Below the pieces are notes generated by a model that saw only the letters and a program-made list of their open reading frames with translations, did not search any database and had not been told where the DNA came from. A program made the position numbers and the translations under genes. A stretch of DNA of 64,000 nucleotides from Planctomycetota bacterium. GTDB lineage: Bacteria > Planctomycetota > UBA8108 > SXIK01. Below, in pieces: positions 39,801 to 49,613 of this stretch. The stretch covers positions 224,001 to 288,000 of the forward strand of contig OZ244999.1 of assembly GCA_965223265.1 (NCBI GenBank), in the 5' to 3' direction. How positions within the stretch are numbered: the stretch's first letter is position 1; the number at the start of each line of letters is the position of its first letter.

Positions 39801-40024
39801 AAGTCTGCCTGCCTAGCCTGTTCGTCCGGGCCGTGACAATCAAAACAGTGATCTGCGAGGATCGGCTGAATATCTCTTCGAAAGTCGATGCTGTCGTCAG
39901 CGCTGCGAAGCGTGAATCCCACCAGACAGGTCGAAACAAGCGCTAGCGAACCTAAGAAGCGGGATCGTTGCGTGTGCCGTGAGCTGAGACAGGAGGGCTG
40001 CAGATGGAGGAGCTTCTTGTTCAT
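36830..40024 (-). CDS. PSD1/planctomycete cytochrome c (DUF1549/DUF1553) protein
   Basis: CFDCH, CGQCH, '[20 protein letters not shown]', 'SNTPLASL', 'LLNLDETV'. Confidence 0.92.
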   Translation of the reverse strand: MNKKLLHLQPSCLSSRHTQRSRFLGSLALVSTCLVGFTLRSADDSIDFRRDIQPILADHCFDCHGPDEQARQADLRLDDRSVAISKLASDSVAIVPGKPESSELMSRVLSNDPGLIMPPPEHNKPLDEKELSLLEQWIREGAVYTTHWAFTAPDRPELPDPAGENGSKHPIDRLVAHRLQVHGFKPSPPAAHEVLCRRIYLDLIGLPPAPEEIDKFVSEAQKDVARAVDDLIERLFQSDHFGEKWARHWLDVARYADSNGYEKDNPREQWAWRDWVIRAINSDMPYDQFILEQIAGDMLPDRTQDQLVATGFLRNGMINEEGAIVAEQFRMEGMFDRMDCIGKAVLGLSLQCGQCHSHKYDPISQDEYYGTFAFLNDTYESQSWVYTSEQQKKIVKLRSAVSTIEDRLRAQRPNWQQQFAAWERQERTSAPKWSVLDVTSTDWIGGLNHPEELPDHSVLVLGHPTGSGEMYVTGKPPLDGVTGLRLEALTHGDLPYGGPGRSKTGTFAITELRVEVKPPGGATWETVELSGATADYSEESHVLEGDEEKKAEEQRRVGPVEFLIDGDKKTAWRSDRGSGRRNTESVAVIQFAAALTRPEGTELKVSLEFHHTRSRSTNPLALSPSSQLGCMRFATTTSPAPRAPSYDHAATLALGKPASARSEAENATVFAAWRRGVPEFQDASTEIESLFHQYPEAPTSVLTLTARRPAHHRATFLLNRGIWDKPERRITPHSPAALHSLPSSEEHPDRLDFARWLVDSRSPLTARVHVNRVWQAIFGAGLVETPEDFGTRAPQPEHLELLDWLAVELMERGWSTKKLIRTILTSATYHQSSNVSPELLAADPQNRWLGRGPRFRVEAEVVRDIALSVSGLLHREVGGPSIFPPVPKSVLEFNYSPPRYWVAAEAPKRYRRALYVFRRRSMPDPVLTSFDAPNADFACARRQRSNTPLASLASLNEPIFVEAARALALRILREGGPNDAERTEYAFRLCTGRRPSKVESAEIEKLLGGRREKLAAGWLSINEVATGDPGTRPELPPDATPQDAAAWTIAARVLLNLDETVSKN

Positions 40025-40342
40025 TTTACCTAAGCTCGGGACAGAGGTTTCTATCGATGTTAGATCGTGGCGCTGTCGCCATCAAGGGGCACCGACGGGA
40101 CACACAACGTTTCCATAACATCGGAGCGAGATCTTGCGAGAATCGAGCTTCCGCCGCGCCGCGACGTCGCTGTCATCAACGTGGTTGCAGCCATGTCGCG
40201 ACCAGTGCCGACGCGGTTTTGCCCCCTTGCCTCAGCTCAACGTTCCGACGAAGATGCGCTGCGGCGCCACTGGTCGCAACCACGTCGCAGGCCAGGACAC
40301 GTTGGGTTTGTCAACGCATAAACGGGATCGAAAGAGGTCGCA

Positions 40343-42778
40343 ATGCGCAAGTTCGGGATCGCAGTATCAAATCCTCGCGTCTTTGCCTTGTTGACCGTGA
40401 TGCACCTGGCCCTGATGGCACAGGTGCGCACCGCAGAGCTTAACCTTCGGGTTGTCGATGCCCGCGGCGACTTGCTTCCCTGTCGCGTTCTCGTTCGTTC
40501 GGGCGGTGCCGAGTGTGCGACGCCGACGGACGCAGTGGATTTGCGGATCGGCCCTGATCGCTGGTTCATGTCGCCGGGTCGCATCAAGCTGGATGTTCCT
40601 GTCGGGGAGGTGCTGGTCCGGGTCGAGCGCGGTCTTGAGTTCATTCGCTACAAAAAGACGCTGAGCGTGACGGAGCAGGGGCTTGCCATGACGATCCCAC
40701 TCAAGAGATGGATCAACCTGCGTCGCCGCGGCTACCTCACCGGTGAGAATCATGTTCACCTGCCGGCTGCACGCGTCGGCCCCATGCTTGTCGCGGAGGG
40801 ACTCGACTTCGGGGCCTCGATGTCGTGGTGGAACGGGCCACGCGACGACGTGCCCGTGCCACGAGGGGTCGGCGCGTCGCGCGAAATCGAATATGCGGGG
40901 CGAAGCCTAACAATCACGGTTCACGACGCAGAGCTCGAACACCGCTGGGGCGCCGCGTATATACAGAATCTTTCCGCGCCACTTTCTCTTCCGAGCGACA
41001 GGCAGCGACCGAATCTTGATTATCTGCGCGCCGCTGTGGAGACCGGTGCGATCGTCCACTACCAAGCAGGCTGGTCGCGGGAGGTCGCTCTCGATGCTCT
41101 CCTCGGCTTTGTGCACACGGTGAACGTGTGCAATAACAATTTTCACATGCACCGCTTTCAGCCGCGCCGGCGCTACTCGAATCTTCTCGAAGTCGAGGGG
41201 TTTCCCGTCTACGCCAACACCGACGTCGACATGCTGCGCATGAACACCGAGACCTACTACCGTTTGCTGAACTGCGGCCTGCGTTTGGCGGCGGGCGCTG
41301 GGTCGGCGATCGGCGTCAAGGAGGTGCCGGTCGGTTATAACCGCGCCTACGTGCGCGCCGCCGAGGACGCATCGATCGAGCAGTTCAACCGTGCCTGGGC
41401 GGCCGGCAGAAACTTCGTCACCAATGGACCAATGCTCTTTTTGCGCACGATGGCAGGGCGGCGACCCGGTGACGTAGTGGCCGTGGACGGCACGAAGCGG
41501 CGAGTGCAAGTACAGGTGACCGCGCTTTCGGATCAGCCGTTGACCGCGGTGGAGCTTGTGGCGAACGGTCAGGTGGTCCACTCATTCGAGATCGTTGACA
41601 CCGCAGCAGTAACGGGGAGCGTCGCCTTGGACATCGCCGAGAGCACCTGGATCGCCGCTCGCTGTACCGCGCGTGACGAGCTGTTGACGGACGCGGAGCT
41701 TGCGGCGTACGCCAGCGGCGACGCGCAGCAACCGTCCCGGCTGCGTTTCGCGCATACGAGTCCGCTCTACGTCGAAGTGCGCGGCGAGCCGGTCGTCGTG
41801 CGTCGCTCGGTCGAAGAGACCCAGAGGGTCTTACAGCGCTTCGAGGCGTTCGCGCGTGAGACAGCGGCGCCCAAGTACCTGCCGGGGCTCCTCGAGTCGG
41901 TGACGCAGGCGCGGGTCGTGCTCGACCGACGGCTGGAGTTGGCAGCGCGCAACGGCGCACGTCGCGCTCCCACGCCGCTGACGCTGAGCTGGGAGCACGA
42001 CATCTTGGTGATCCATGGGGAGCACTTGCCTGGAAAGAAGGTCGAGATTCTCTACATCGAGGCGTACTGCCGCCCCAACTCACACACGACCGACTGGGGT
42101 AAGCACACCGTGATCGGCCACACGACGCGGGTCCTTTCGATGAGCCCTGATCGTCGTCGGCTCGAGCTGGAGTGCCGTCTGAACGACGGCGCGACGGTAA
42201 GACACATCATCACCGCCCACGAGGACGAAGTGGACTTTCGTCTCACCGCGCACAATCCCACGCAGGAGGTCTCCGAAGCGCATTGGGCGCAGCCGTGCAT
42301 TCGCGTCGGCGATTTCACTGGCCTCGGCGATCCGCACCGAAGGCGTTCGTACGAGTATCTCGCCAAGTCATTCGTGTTTCTCGACGGCGAGTTGTCCCTC
42401 ATGCCGACAAAAGACTGGGCCACGGAAGCGCGCTACGTTCCCGGTCAGGTGTGGGCCGCACCGGGCGTCGCCGGCGCCGACGTCAACCCTCGCCCTCTCA
42501 ATCCGAACACACCATCGAACGGGCTCATTGGCTGCTTCGGCGCCCGCGATCAGCTCATCATGGCGACAGCTTGGGAGCCGTACCAAGAGCTCTTTCAAGG
42601 CGTGATCACGTGTCTCCACAGTGACTTTCGGATCGGCGGCCTGCAGCCGGGCGAGACGAAGCAGATCCACGGCAAGATCTACTTCGTCGCCAACGATGTC
42701 CCAGCTCTTCTGGAGCGTTATGCACGTGACTTTCCGCAGCAGGCACAACACGCGAACGGTGCGTCGGGCGGAAAATGA
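40343..42778 (+). CDS. CehA/McbA-like (PHP-fold) metallohydrolase fused to an uncharacterised C-terminal domain
   Basis: 'GENHVH', 'YYRLLNCGLRLAAGAGS', 'GRNFVTNGPML', 'FAHTSPLYV'. An extra ~265-aa domain follows residue ~545. Confidence 0.7.
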   Translation: MRKFGIAVSNPRVFALLTVMHLALMAQVRTAELNLRVVDARGDLLPCRVLVRSGGAECATPTDAVDLRIGPDRWFMSPGRIKLDVPVGEVLVRVERGLEFIRYKKTLSVTEQGLAMTIPLKRWINLRRRGYLTGENHVHLPAARVGPMLVAEGLDFGASMSWWNGPRDDVPVPRGVGASREIEYAGRSLTITVHDAELEHRWGAAYIQNLSAPLSLPSDRQRPNLDYLRAAVETGAIVHYQAGWSREVALDALLGFVHTVNVCNNNFHMHRFQPRRRYSNLLEVEGFPVYANTDVDMLRMNTETYYRLLNCGLRLAAGAGSAIGVKEVPVGYNRAYVRAAEDASIEQFNRAWAAGRNFVTNGPMLFLRTMAGRRPGDVVAVDGTKRRVQVQVTALSDQPLTAVELVANGQVVHSFEIVDTAAVTGSVALDIAESTWIAARCTARDELLTDAELAAYASGDAQQPSRLRFAHTSPLYVEVRGEPVVVRRSVEETQRVLQRFEAFARETAAPKYLPGLLESVTQARVVLDRRLELAARNGARRAPTPLTLSWEHDILVIHGEHLPGKKVEILYIEAYCRPNSHTTDWGKHTVIGHTTRVLSMSPDRRRLELECRLNDGATVRHIITAHEDEVDFRLTAHNPTQEVSEAHWAQPCIRVGDFTGLGDPHRRRSYEYLAKSFVFLDGELSLMPTKDWATEARYVPGQVWAAPGVAGADVNPRPLNPNTPSNGLIGCFGARDQLIMATAWEPYQELFQGVITCLHSDFRIGGLQPGETKQIHGKIYFVANDVPALLERYARDFPQQAQHANGASGGK

Positions 42779-42827
42779 CGTTGAAGACGAGGCGCCAGCC
42801 GATGAGATGACTCCGCGTCGGCGAGGG

Positions 42828-44159
42828 CTACATACCCCAACCGTCTCGGTATTGCTTGCTGACGAAAAGGTTCGCCGCGCGGCAGTTGCTGACACGCATC
42901 GCCTCGGCATCCCATTCGATGCGATGACCCGCACGGATGGCGACGTTGCCGAGGAGAACCGTCTCGGTCAGACGGCTGGCGTAGTCGAAGTTTGACATCG
43001 CCGGCGGCCCACCCTTGCAGGCGTTGATCCACTCAAGATAGTGACCTGGGGATCTCGCTAGCGTCGGCGCTGGTCCTTCATATCCCTCGTACTTCTCCTT
43101 TGGCCACAGCTGGTAGAGTCGGCAGTGGCTGCTCGGAGCGTAGAGTTTTCCTTCGCGGCCGACCAGCAGCACGCCGTTGTTCGGTACCTTCTTCTCCTCT
43201 GGTAAGCCATCCAGGAGCTCGCGCGGCGGTTTGTTGTCACCGTCATACCAATAGACGACAGCGGGAGGCAGGTTGCCGCGTGCGGGGAACTCGTAACGAA
43301 TCGTGGCGGAACTCGGCGCCATCTCATCGGTGAGCCCGTTCACCGTCGCCTCGACCGCGGTTGGACACTCGAGCTTCATGGCCCAGTAGGGCAAATTCAG
43401 ATTGTGGCAGCCCATGTCGCCGAGCGCGCCTTGTCCGAAGTCCCACCAGCCGCGCCACGCGAACGGACAGTAGGCTTCGTGGTACGGGCGTTCGGCAGCG
43501 CAGCCAAGCCACAGATCCCACGCCAGGTGGTACGGGGGCGCCATCGGGGTGGCTGGTCGTGCGCCACCTTGCGGCCATATCGGCCGATCGGTCCACACGT
43601 GCGCTTCACGCACGATGCCGATGGCGCCCGAGTGGACGAGTTCGACTGCGCGCCGCATGGTGTCGTTGGACGTGCCTTGGTTTCCCATCTGTGTGGCGAC
43701 GCCTTGCTCCCGTGCCACGTCGCGCATGAGTCGGGCCTCCGCGACGGTGTGCGTGAGCGGCTTTTGGCAGTAGACGTGAAGGCCGAGACGCATCGCCGCG
43801 AGGCTGCTCGGGGCGTGCATGTGATCCGGCGTCGAGACGACCACAGCGTCGAGCTTCTCCTTGTCGAGCATGGCACGGTAATCGCGATACACCTTGGCCT
43901 GCGGGAACGCCCTGATGGTCGGCGCAGCGCGCTTGAGATCGACATCGCAAAGTGCGACGATGTTTTCGGTCTTGACGCCATGGGTGTCGCCACCGCCTTT
44001 GCCGCCGGCGCCGATTTTGCCGATGTTGAGTTTCTCGTTCGGTGACTGACTCGCCGCGGCGGCGGCCGTACCGGTACCAATCCAGACGCCGAAGCTCGTC
44101 GCGGCAGCATGTTTGATGAATTCGCGCCGGTGGGTGCGATGTGTTTTTAGAGACTTCAT
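42828..44159 (-). CDS. Tat-exported Gfo/Idh/MocA oxidoreductase
   Basis: 'HRREFIK' Tat motif, 'STPDHMH', 'VYCQKPL', 'GDMGCH'. Confidence 0.92.
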   Translation of the reverse strand: MKSLKTHRTHRREFIKHAAATSFGVWIGTGTAAAAASQSPNEKLNIGKIGAGGKGGGDTHGVKTENIVALCDVDLKRAAPTIRAFPQAKVYRDYRAMLDKEKLDAVVVSTPDHMHAPSSLAAMRLGLHVYCQKPLTHTVAEARLMRDVAREQGVATQMGNQGTSNDTMRRAVELVHSGAIGIVREAHVWTDRPIWPQGGARPATPMAPPYHLAWDLWLGCAAERPYHEAYCPFAWRGWWDFGQGALGDMGCHNLNLPYWAMKLECPTAVEATVNGLTDEMAPSSATIRYEFPARGNLPPAVVYWYDGDNKPPRELLDGLPEEKKVPNNGVLLVGREGKLYAPSSHCRLYQLWPKEKYEGYEGPAPTLARSPGHYLEWINACKGGPPAMSNFDYASRLTETVLLGNVAIRAGHRIEWDAEAMRVSNCRAANLFVSKQYRDGWGM

Positions 44160-44241
44160 GTTCGGACACTCCGGGTGGGCGAGGCAAGCATGCGACAGGG
44201 CAGGCGCGCCACCTCAACCTGTCGACACGGCGGGCGGCGAC

Positions 44242-45555
44242 TCAGGCGAGGCTCCAAGGCGAACGGTAATCAACACGTTTGAGTAGCCGATCCGCCTCAG
44301 CGTCGCCGATCACGGTTTCAGTCTTTGGGTCCCACCGCAGTCGACGCTTGCCAAGCGCTTCGCTGACGAGTCCGAGATGGCCTGGGGTGATGGATCGATG
44401 GCCGATCTCCGCGGTGCAGATGCACGGCTTGCGCGTTTTGACGCCATCGAGGAAGTTGCGGTGGTGCTCGGGCGAGTGATACACCTTCACCGCACCGGCG
44501 TCAAAATCTTCGGCTGTCCAGCTCGGATTCGACGCCGCGAAGCGGCCACGCGAGACGAAGACCCAGCCATCCTCGCCGATCCATCGGCATCCGCGCTCGT
44601 GGTGGTTCGCGATGCTGATCGTGAGACCACCCGCGTACTTGCACCACACCTCATATTTCCATGCCGAATTGTAGACGGTTCGATCTTCGGGGTACTCGAA
44701 CGCCTTGGCCTGGACTTCGGCAGGTCCGCTGTCGTCAAGGTCTAGGCCCCAATGGGCGATGTCGTTGTGGTGGCCAATCCAGTCCATCAACTGGCCGCCG
44801 CCGTAGGCGAGGTGCCAGCGCCAGTGGAAATGAAACCGTGCCGGTATGAAGGGAAGCTTCGCGGCGGGGCCGCACCAAAAGTCGTAGTCGGCGTGCGCCG
44901 GAGGCTCTTGTGGTAGCGCGTCCTTCGGCTCGCCGTGCGGCTTCTGATGCCCGGTGGGCAGGCCGACCTCGACGTGCTTGATCCGACCTATGTGGCCGTT
45001 GCGCACGACTTCGACGGCGCGGCGAAACGTATCGCGCGACCGCTGCTGGCTGCCGACCTGAAAGATGATGTTGTTGCGTTTTGCCGCAGCGACCACAGCC
45101 TGGCCTTCGGCGAAGGTGTGAGTCATCGGCTTCTGGCAGTAGATGTCCTTCTTCGCATCGGCAGCCGCAACGCAGCAGATGGCGTGCCAATGGTCCGGCG
45201 TCGCGACGCAGACGGCGTCGAGGTCGCTGTGAGCGATGAGCTCGCGGTAGTCGCTGTAGGCCGCGCAGTCCTTCGGGCCGCCGTGTTTCGCGACTTCTTC
45301 GGCGCCTCTTTTGAGCTGTTCCTTGTCGACGTCGCAAACCGCGACGACTTGGGCATCCCCTTGCCGCAGAAAGCCGCGCGTGTTGCTGCGACCCATCCCA
45401 CCTGTGCCGACGACTCCAATCGTGACGCGTTCGCTGGGCGCTGCGGCCCCAGCTCGACCGAGAATCGACGACGGGACGAAGTAAGGCAAAGAAACTGCAC
45501 TGGCTGCACCAGCGACGAATCGGCGTCGCGTCAAGGTCTTTCGGCGTTCACTCAT
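44242..45555 (-). CDS. Tat-exported Gfo/Idh/MocA oxidoreductase
   Basis: 'TRRRFV', 'ATPDHWH', 'IYCQKP', 'QVGSQQRS', 'DWIGHHND'. Confidence 0.92.
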   Translation of the reverse strand: MSERRKTLTRRRFVAGAASAVSLPYFVPSSILGRAGAAAPSERVTIGVVGTGGMGRSNTRGFLRQGDAQVVAVCDVDKEQLKRGAEEVAKHGGPKDCAAYSDYRELIAHSDLDAVCVATPDHWHAICCVAAADAKKDIYCQKPMTHTFAEGQAVVAAAKRNNIIFQVGSQQRSRDTFRRAVEVVRNGHIGRIKHVEVGLPTGHQKPHGEPKDALPQEPPAHADYDFWCGPAAKLPFIPARFHFHWRWHLAYGGGQLMDWIGHHNDIAHWGLDLDDSGPAEVQAKAFEYPEDRTVYNSAWKYEVWCKYAGGLTISIANHHERGCRWIGEDGWVFVSRGRFAASNPSWTAEDFDAGAVKVYHSPEHHRNFLDGVKTRKPCICTAEIGHRSITPGHLGLVSEALGKRRLRWDPKTETVIGDAEADRLLKRVDYRSPWSLA

Positions 45556-45962
45556 GGCTGTACCTGCGGATCATTTGAATCTTCCAATTCTCCGCCCGCA
45601 TTCACTGCGGTGCGAGCGTGAGCGGTCGACGCGTTCAGTCTAACCAAGCCCGAAATCGAATGCGAACCCTAACGACGAGGACGAAGTCGCAGTGAGATGT
45701 GAAGTGAGAACGAGCAGGGGGGCTCTTCGGAGTTTGCGTGATCTACCATTGGAAGCTGTTGGCTGGTAGGTGAGATCGACCCGCTGACGGCGCGACTCGT
45801 TGATCGATCCGCCATTCAACCGCGGCGCCTGGTGGCGTGCGACTTCAACTGGCGGATCGAAGAGGTTAAGCTCTTGGGGTTTGCCGTTGGTTAGCTTCGT
45901 TCAACATTGCTCCTCGGGGCGCGTGTGTGGGCAGTGCGTCCGAGGATGCTGGGAAACAGAAC

Positions 45963-47063
45963 ATGTCGACTTTGCAGATCAGACCACAGGCCGAGTGTCG
46001 TTGGGACGCGGTCGCACTCGGCGAAATCATGCTTCGTTTTGACCCCGGTGACCAAAGAGTCCATACGACGAGGCAGTTTCGTGTTTGGGAAGGTGGCGGA
46101 GAGTACAATGTCGTTCGCGGGCTTAGGCGTGCATTCGGCCTCCGCACCGCCGTCGTTACCGCGATTGTCGACAACGCCGTTGGGCGGCTCCTGGAGGATC
46201 TCATTCTGCAGGGCGGTGTTGATCTGCGTCATGCCAAGTGGGTCGCGTTCGACGGCGCTGGCAGGTCGGCCAGAAATGGTCTCAACTTCGTCGAGAGGGG
46301 CTTCGGCGTCCGCGGTGCTTCGGGCACCAGTGATCGGGGCCACACCGCGGTCAGTCAACTGAAACCGGGCGATATCGACTGGGAACGTCTCTTCAAGCAG
46401 GAAGGTGTGCGCTGGTTTCACTGCGGCGGGATCTTCTCTGCGCTGGGTGAACACACTCCAGGCGTCGCCCTCGAGGCGATGGAGTGCGCCAAGGCAAACG
46501 GCACGGTGGTCAGCTACGATCTTAACTATCGACCGAGCCTCTGGCAGAGTTTCGGCGGGCCGCAGCGCGCGCAGGAGGTCAACCGCCGCATCGCTGGCCT
46601 GGTCGATGTCATGCTCGGGAACGAAGAGGACTTCACGACGGCCCTCGGATTCCACGTCAAAGGACTCGACCAGAACCTATCGAAGCTCGACCCGGCCAAC
46701 TTCAAGGCGATGATTGAACAGGTCGTTGAGACGTTTCCAAACTTCAAGGTTGTCGGCACGACGCTGCGCTCTGTGAAGTCGGCTGGCGTCAACGATTGGG
46801 GGGCGATCATCTACGCCGACGGCGCGTTTCACCGCGCACAGGAGCGGACCGACCTTGAGATCTTCGATCGCGTCGGCGGTGGTGATTCGTTCGCGTCGGG
46901 TCTGGCGTATGCGTTTCTTTCCGGCAAGACCTCGGCGGAGGCGGTCGAGTACGGTGCGGCGCACGGCGCTTTGGCGATGACGACGCCGGGCGACACGTCG
47001 ACGGCGAGTCTGAAGGAAGTCGAAAAGCTCGTTGCCGGCGGCGGCGCCCGCGTCGATCGCTAG
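45963..47063 (+). CDS. kdgK: PfkB family sugar kinase, 2-dehydro-3-deoxygluconokinase-like
   Basis: 'LGEIMLRFDPG', 'GGGEYNV', 'SYDLNYRPSLW', 'DRVGGGDSFASG'. Confidence 0.8.
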   Translation: MSTLQIRPQAECRWDAVALGEIMLRFDPGDQRVHTTRQFRVWEGGGEYNVVRGLRRAFGLRTAVVTAIVDNAVGRLLEDLILQGGVDLRHAKWVAFDGAGRSARNGLNFVERGFGVRGASGTSDRGHTAVSQLKPGDIDWERLFKQEGVRWFHCGGIFSALGEHTPGVALEAMECAKANGTVVSYDLNYRPSLWQSFGGPQRAQEVNRRIAGLVDVMLGNEEDFTTALGFHVKGLDQNLSKLDPANFKAMIEQVVETFPNFKVVGTTLRSVKSAGVNDWGAIIYADGAFHRAQERTDLEIFDRVGGGDSFASGLAYAFLSGKTSAEAVEYGAAHGALAMTTPGDTSTASLKEVEKLVAGGGARVDR

Positions 47064-47135
47064 CGCTAGCGATACGGACGCGTTGCGCGGCCTAACTTCA
47101 GCTGCTTGCCAGTGCGAACCGAGTGGCGGTTATGT

Positions 47136-47846
47136 CTAAGCCCTCGGAGCTGCTGTCTGCTGCAAGATGTCAGGCCCACGGCTCACCGTGAAGAGACCGA
47201 TACGGTACTTCCAGTAGTTGCCAGCGAACCAGCCGCTGAGCCCGGTCTTTTCCGGCGGCTCGACGTGTCCTTGCGCTGACCAGCGGGCACGGTCAGCTGC
47301 GCGCCGCAGCTCCCGACGCGGATTGGTGAACTCCCAGCCTAAGAGTCCGAAGAGGTTGAAGTCGCGGTTCGGAAAGAGGTCGCACTGCAGTGGCGACTCG
47401 AATCCGAGGATGAGGCGGCCCCAGTCCTTGTACCGCTCGGTGCCGACGTCGACGTCGATTTCGGACTCCGTCCCTGCTCGCGAAATTCGCAGCCGTACGG
47501 TGTCTCCAGGCGCGCGCGCGTCGATGGCGTCGTAGAAATCCGTTGCCGACGTGACGTCGACACCATCGACGGCGAATACGAGATCTCCCGAGCGAATGCC
47601 GGCGGTCGCGGCCGGCGTCGCGTCGAAGACCTGACGCACGAGGACCGCACGGCTTCGCGTCTGTGAAATCTCATTTGGTAGCTCTCCCTTGAGTTTGTGG
47701 GAACGCGGAGCCCACGAGCAGTGCGTTTTCAAGTCAGCGTAGTCACCGCCAATCCAGCCGCGTTCTCGAGGTGGGGTTGTCGTGCAGCCGAAGATCGCGA
47801 AGATGAGAGGCGGGGCCAGGGCGGCGAGGTGAAAGCGATTCTTCAC
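47136..47846 (-). CDS. PDZ-domain lipoprotein
   Basis: GTG start after AGGA; lipobox-like 'IFGC'; PDZ 'TPAATAGIRSGDLVFAVDG'. Confidence 0.75.
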   Translation of the reverse strand: MKNRFHLAALAPPLIFAIFGCTTTPPRERGWIGGDYADLKTHCSWAPRSHKLKGELPNEISQTRSRAVLVRQVFDATPAATAGIRSGDLVFAVDGVDVTSATDFYDAIDARAPGDTVRLRISRAGTESEIDVDVGTERYKDWGRLILGFESPLQCDLFPNRDFNLFGLLGWEFTNPRRELRRAADRARWSAQGHVEPPEKTGLSGWFAGNYWKYRIGLFTVSRGPDILQQTAAPRA

Positions 47847-47861
47847 GACGGAATCCTTTCT

Positions 47862-47875
47862 ACTACAAATGTAGT
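47862..47875. promoter_or_regulatory. BlaI/CopY-type operator upstream of the PDZ lipoprotein gene
   Basis: ACTACA-AA-TGTAGT, matching the TACA-NN-TGTA core bound by BlaI/MecI/CopY repressors. Confidence 0.75.
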
Positions 47876-47900
47876 TTTTGCGGGAAAAAAAACGAAACAT

Positions 47901-49061
47901 TCAATCGTCATCATGGCGATGGATCTGCGCCGTACGGGTGCGCGAGGTCATTTTGCGGAGGACGGAGTTTGGGCAAAACGAGGTGCGCGACATCAGCTCG
48001 AGGAGCGCTGAGTTCGGGCACAGCGTCAGCACCAACTTGCCGCAGTGTGACGGCGGGGGCGCATCTCGCATCGAGCGCACGTCGACTGCGTTGTTCCACT
48101 TCGGCGGCGCCGACGGCACGATCGGGACCACAAAGAGAAAAAGCACCACTTTGACAAGCCATGCGAGCGGGCGAGGCTTGACGCCGATCGTTGTGAGGTG
48201 GTGGAGGCGCCGCTCCATGCGCTTCCGACTGCCGGAAATCATGGCGACGCCGCCGTCGGGGCTTAAAGCCGGGGCGCTGCTGTGGAGCTTGAGCAAGCTC
48301 GACGCCAGGCCTCGACGCCGGCCTCCCAGGTGTGCACACACCTCGCGATCTCGCAGTTTCTCGATCTCTTCCGCCCAGCCGTGGATCAACCGCTTCAGTG
48401 GCACGTGGAAAAAGAGAACGGCGCTCAGGCAGCGAAGGGCGACGTGGAAGATCACGTCGCGGTGCCGGACATGGTAGAGCTCGTGCGCGACGACGGCATC
48501 GAGCTCGTCGCTCGTCAGCAGCGCGAACGTCGACGCAGACACCACGAGCTTTGGGTGCCAAACGCCTGTCACGAAGGGCGAAATGACGCGGCTGGTTCGT
48601 AGAACGACGATCGTGGGCGATCGTACTCCCAGCTGCGCTGCCAGGCGTCGCACGCGGTTGCGAAAGTCGCGCTCACGACCGTCTCTCGTATCATCGATCC
48701 GCTCGATGGCGGACAGCATGCGATGGAGTCGAACGCTGCGGCGCGCGTAGACGAGAAGCAGCGTCGTGCCAAGAGTCACGAACAGGCCCGCAGCTGCGAG
48801 GTCGATGGCTCGTAGGATCGGCAAGAGATCGGCGTGGCGAGTATCCGGGTAGAGCATGAATCGAAGGTGGATCCATGTCGCCGGTGAGATGAAGAAGAGA
48901 GCCGCAAGGCAGTGGCCGATGGCTAGTGCGTAGAGGCCGGCTCGAATCCGGGGCGAGCGCAGGCGGACGACGCGGAACAGGACCGCCAGCAGGGCGAGGT
49001 CGCTGAGTCCGATCAGAAACGAATTCAGGAGTGGCGCACTAAGGAACGGCGACTGGCTCAT
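47901..49061 (-). CDS. M56 family (BlaR1/MecR1-like) membrane metallopeptidase
   Basis: TM helices, 'SPFVTGVWHPKLVV', 'HELYH', 'EKLRD'. Overlaps the blaI-like stop (ATGA). Confidence 0.88.
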   Translation of the reverse strand: MSQSPFLSAPLLNSFLIGLSDLALLAVLFRVVRLRSPRIRAGLYALAIGHCLAALFFISPATWIHLRFMLYPDTRHADLLPILRAIDLAAAGLFVTLGTTLLLVYARRSVRLHRMLSAIERIDDTRDGRERDFRNRVRRLAAQLGVRSPTIVVLRTSRVISPFVTGVWHPKLVVSASTFALLTSDELDAVVAHELYHVRHRDVIFHVALRCLSAVLFFHVPLKRLIHGWAEEIEKLRDREVCAHLGGRRRGLASSLLKLHSSAPALSPDGGVAMISGSRKRMERRLHHLTTIGVKPRPLAWLVKVVLFLFVVPIVPSAPPKWNNAVDVRSMRDAPPPSHCGKLVLTLCPNSALLELMSRTSFCPNSVLRKMTSRTRTAQIHRHDDD

Positions 49062-49486
49062 TCCGCGTTTTCTTCGTCCGACTCTTGCAGCTGCTCAAGA
49101 ATCTTTTCTAACTGTGCGGCCTTCTTCGTTGAGATTTTCTTACTGAGCGCTCCGCGGTGCATGCCGAGAAAACCGGTGATGGCGGCCGGCACCGAGCCAC
49201 CGAAGAACTGATCGACGACGACCTGCATGTAGCGATCGGACATCTCCTCGCGGCTCACCCGCGGTTGGAATCCGTGCGTTCGTCCGTCGCGCGCGTAGCG
49301 GCGCAGGAGTCTCTTTTGGGTGAGCCGATTCATGATCGTCATGATCGTGTTGTGGTGGAGACTGCGCTGCGGTCGCAACTGCTCGACGACTTCGGCAACC
49401 GTCGCGTCGCCGAGCTCCCAAACGGCTCGCATGACTTCGATCTCGAGAGGCCCCAGGAGCTGAGGCGCGTTGGCTCGCTTATTCAT
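49058..49486 (-). CDS. BlaI/MecI/CopY family transcriptional repressor
   Basis: 'LGPLEIEVMRAVW...TVAEV...HNTIMTIMNRLTQK', 'FFGGS'. Confidence 0.92.
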   Translation of the reverse strand: MNKRANAPQLLGPLEIEVMRAVWELGDATVAEVVEQLRPQRSLHHNTIMTIMNRLTQKRLLRRYARDGRTHGFQPRVSREEMSDRYMQVVVDQFFGGSVPAAITGFLGMHRGALSKKISTKKAAQLEKILEQLQESDEENAE

Positions 49487-49545
49487 GGCGTGCGTGCCGA
49501 ACTCACACTTGGATCTTGAGGTTCGCCCACGGTGTGCGTGGTCGA

Positions 49546-49574
49546 TTTCTACTACGAATGTAGTGAGTTGTCAA
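49546..49574 (-). promoter_or_regulatory. Promoter of blaI-like gene with operator in the spacer
   Basis: Minus strand TTGACA-N17-TAGAAA. Operator ACTACG-AA-TGTAGT at 49551-49564. Confidence 0.75.
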
Positions 49575-49613
49575 GGTGCTAATCGGTGAACGAATTCCTC
49601 CACGCCGGACTCG

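Noticed and set aside
45806-45859. GATCCGCCA...TGGCGGATC inverted repeat upstream of the kdgK-like gene
   Set aside because: A single 9-bp stem with a long loop and no U-tract or second copy; compatible with chance in GC-rich DNA.
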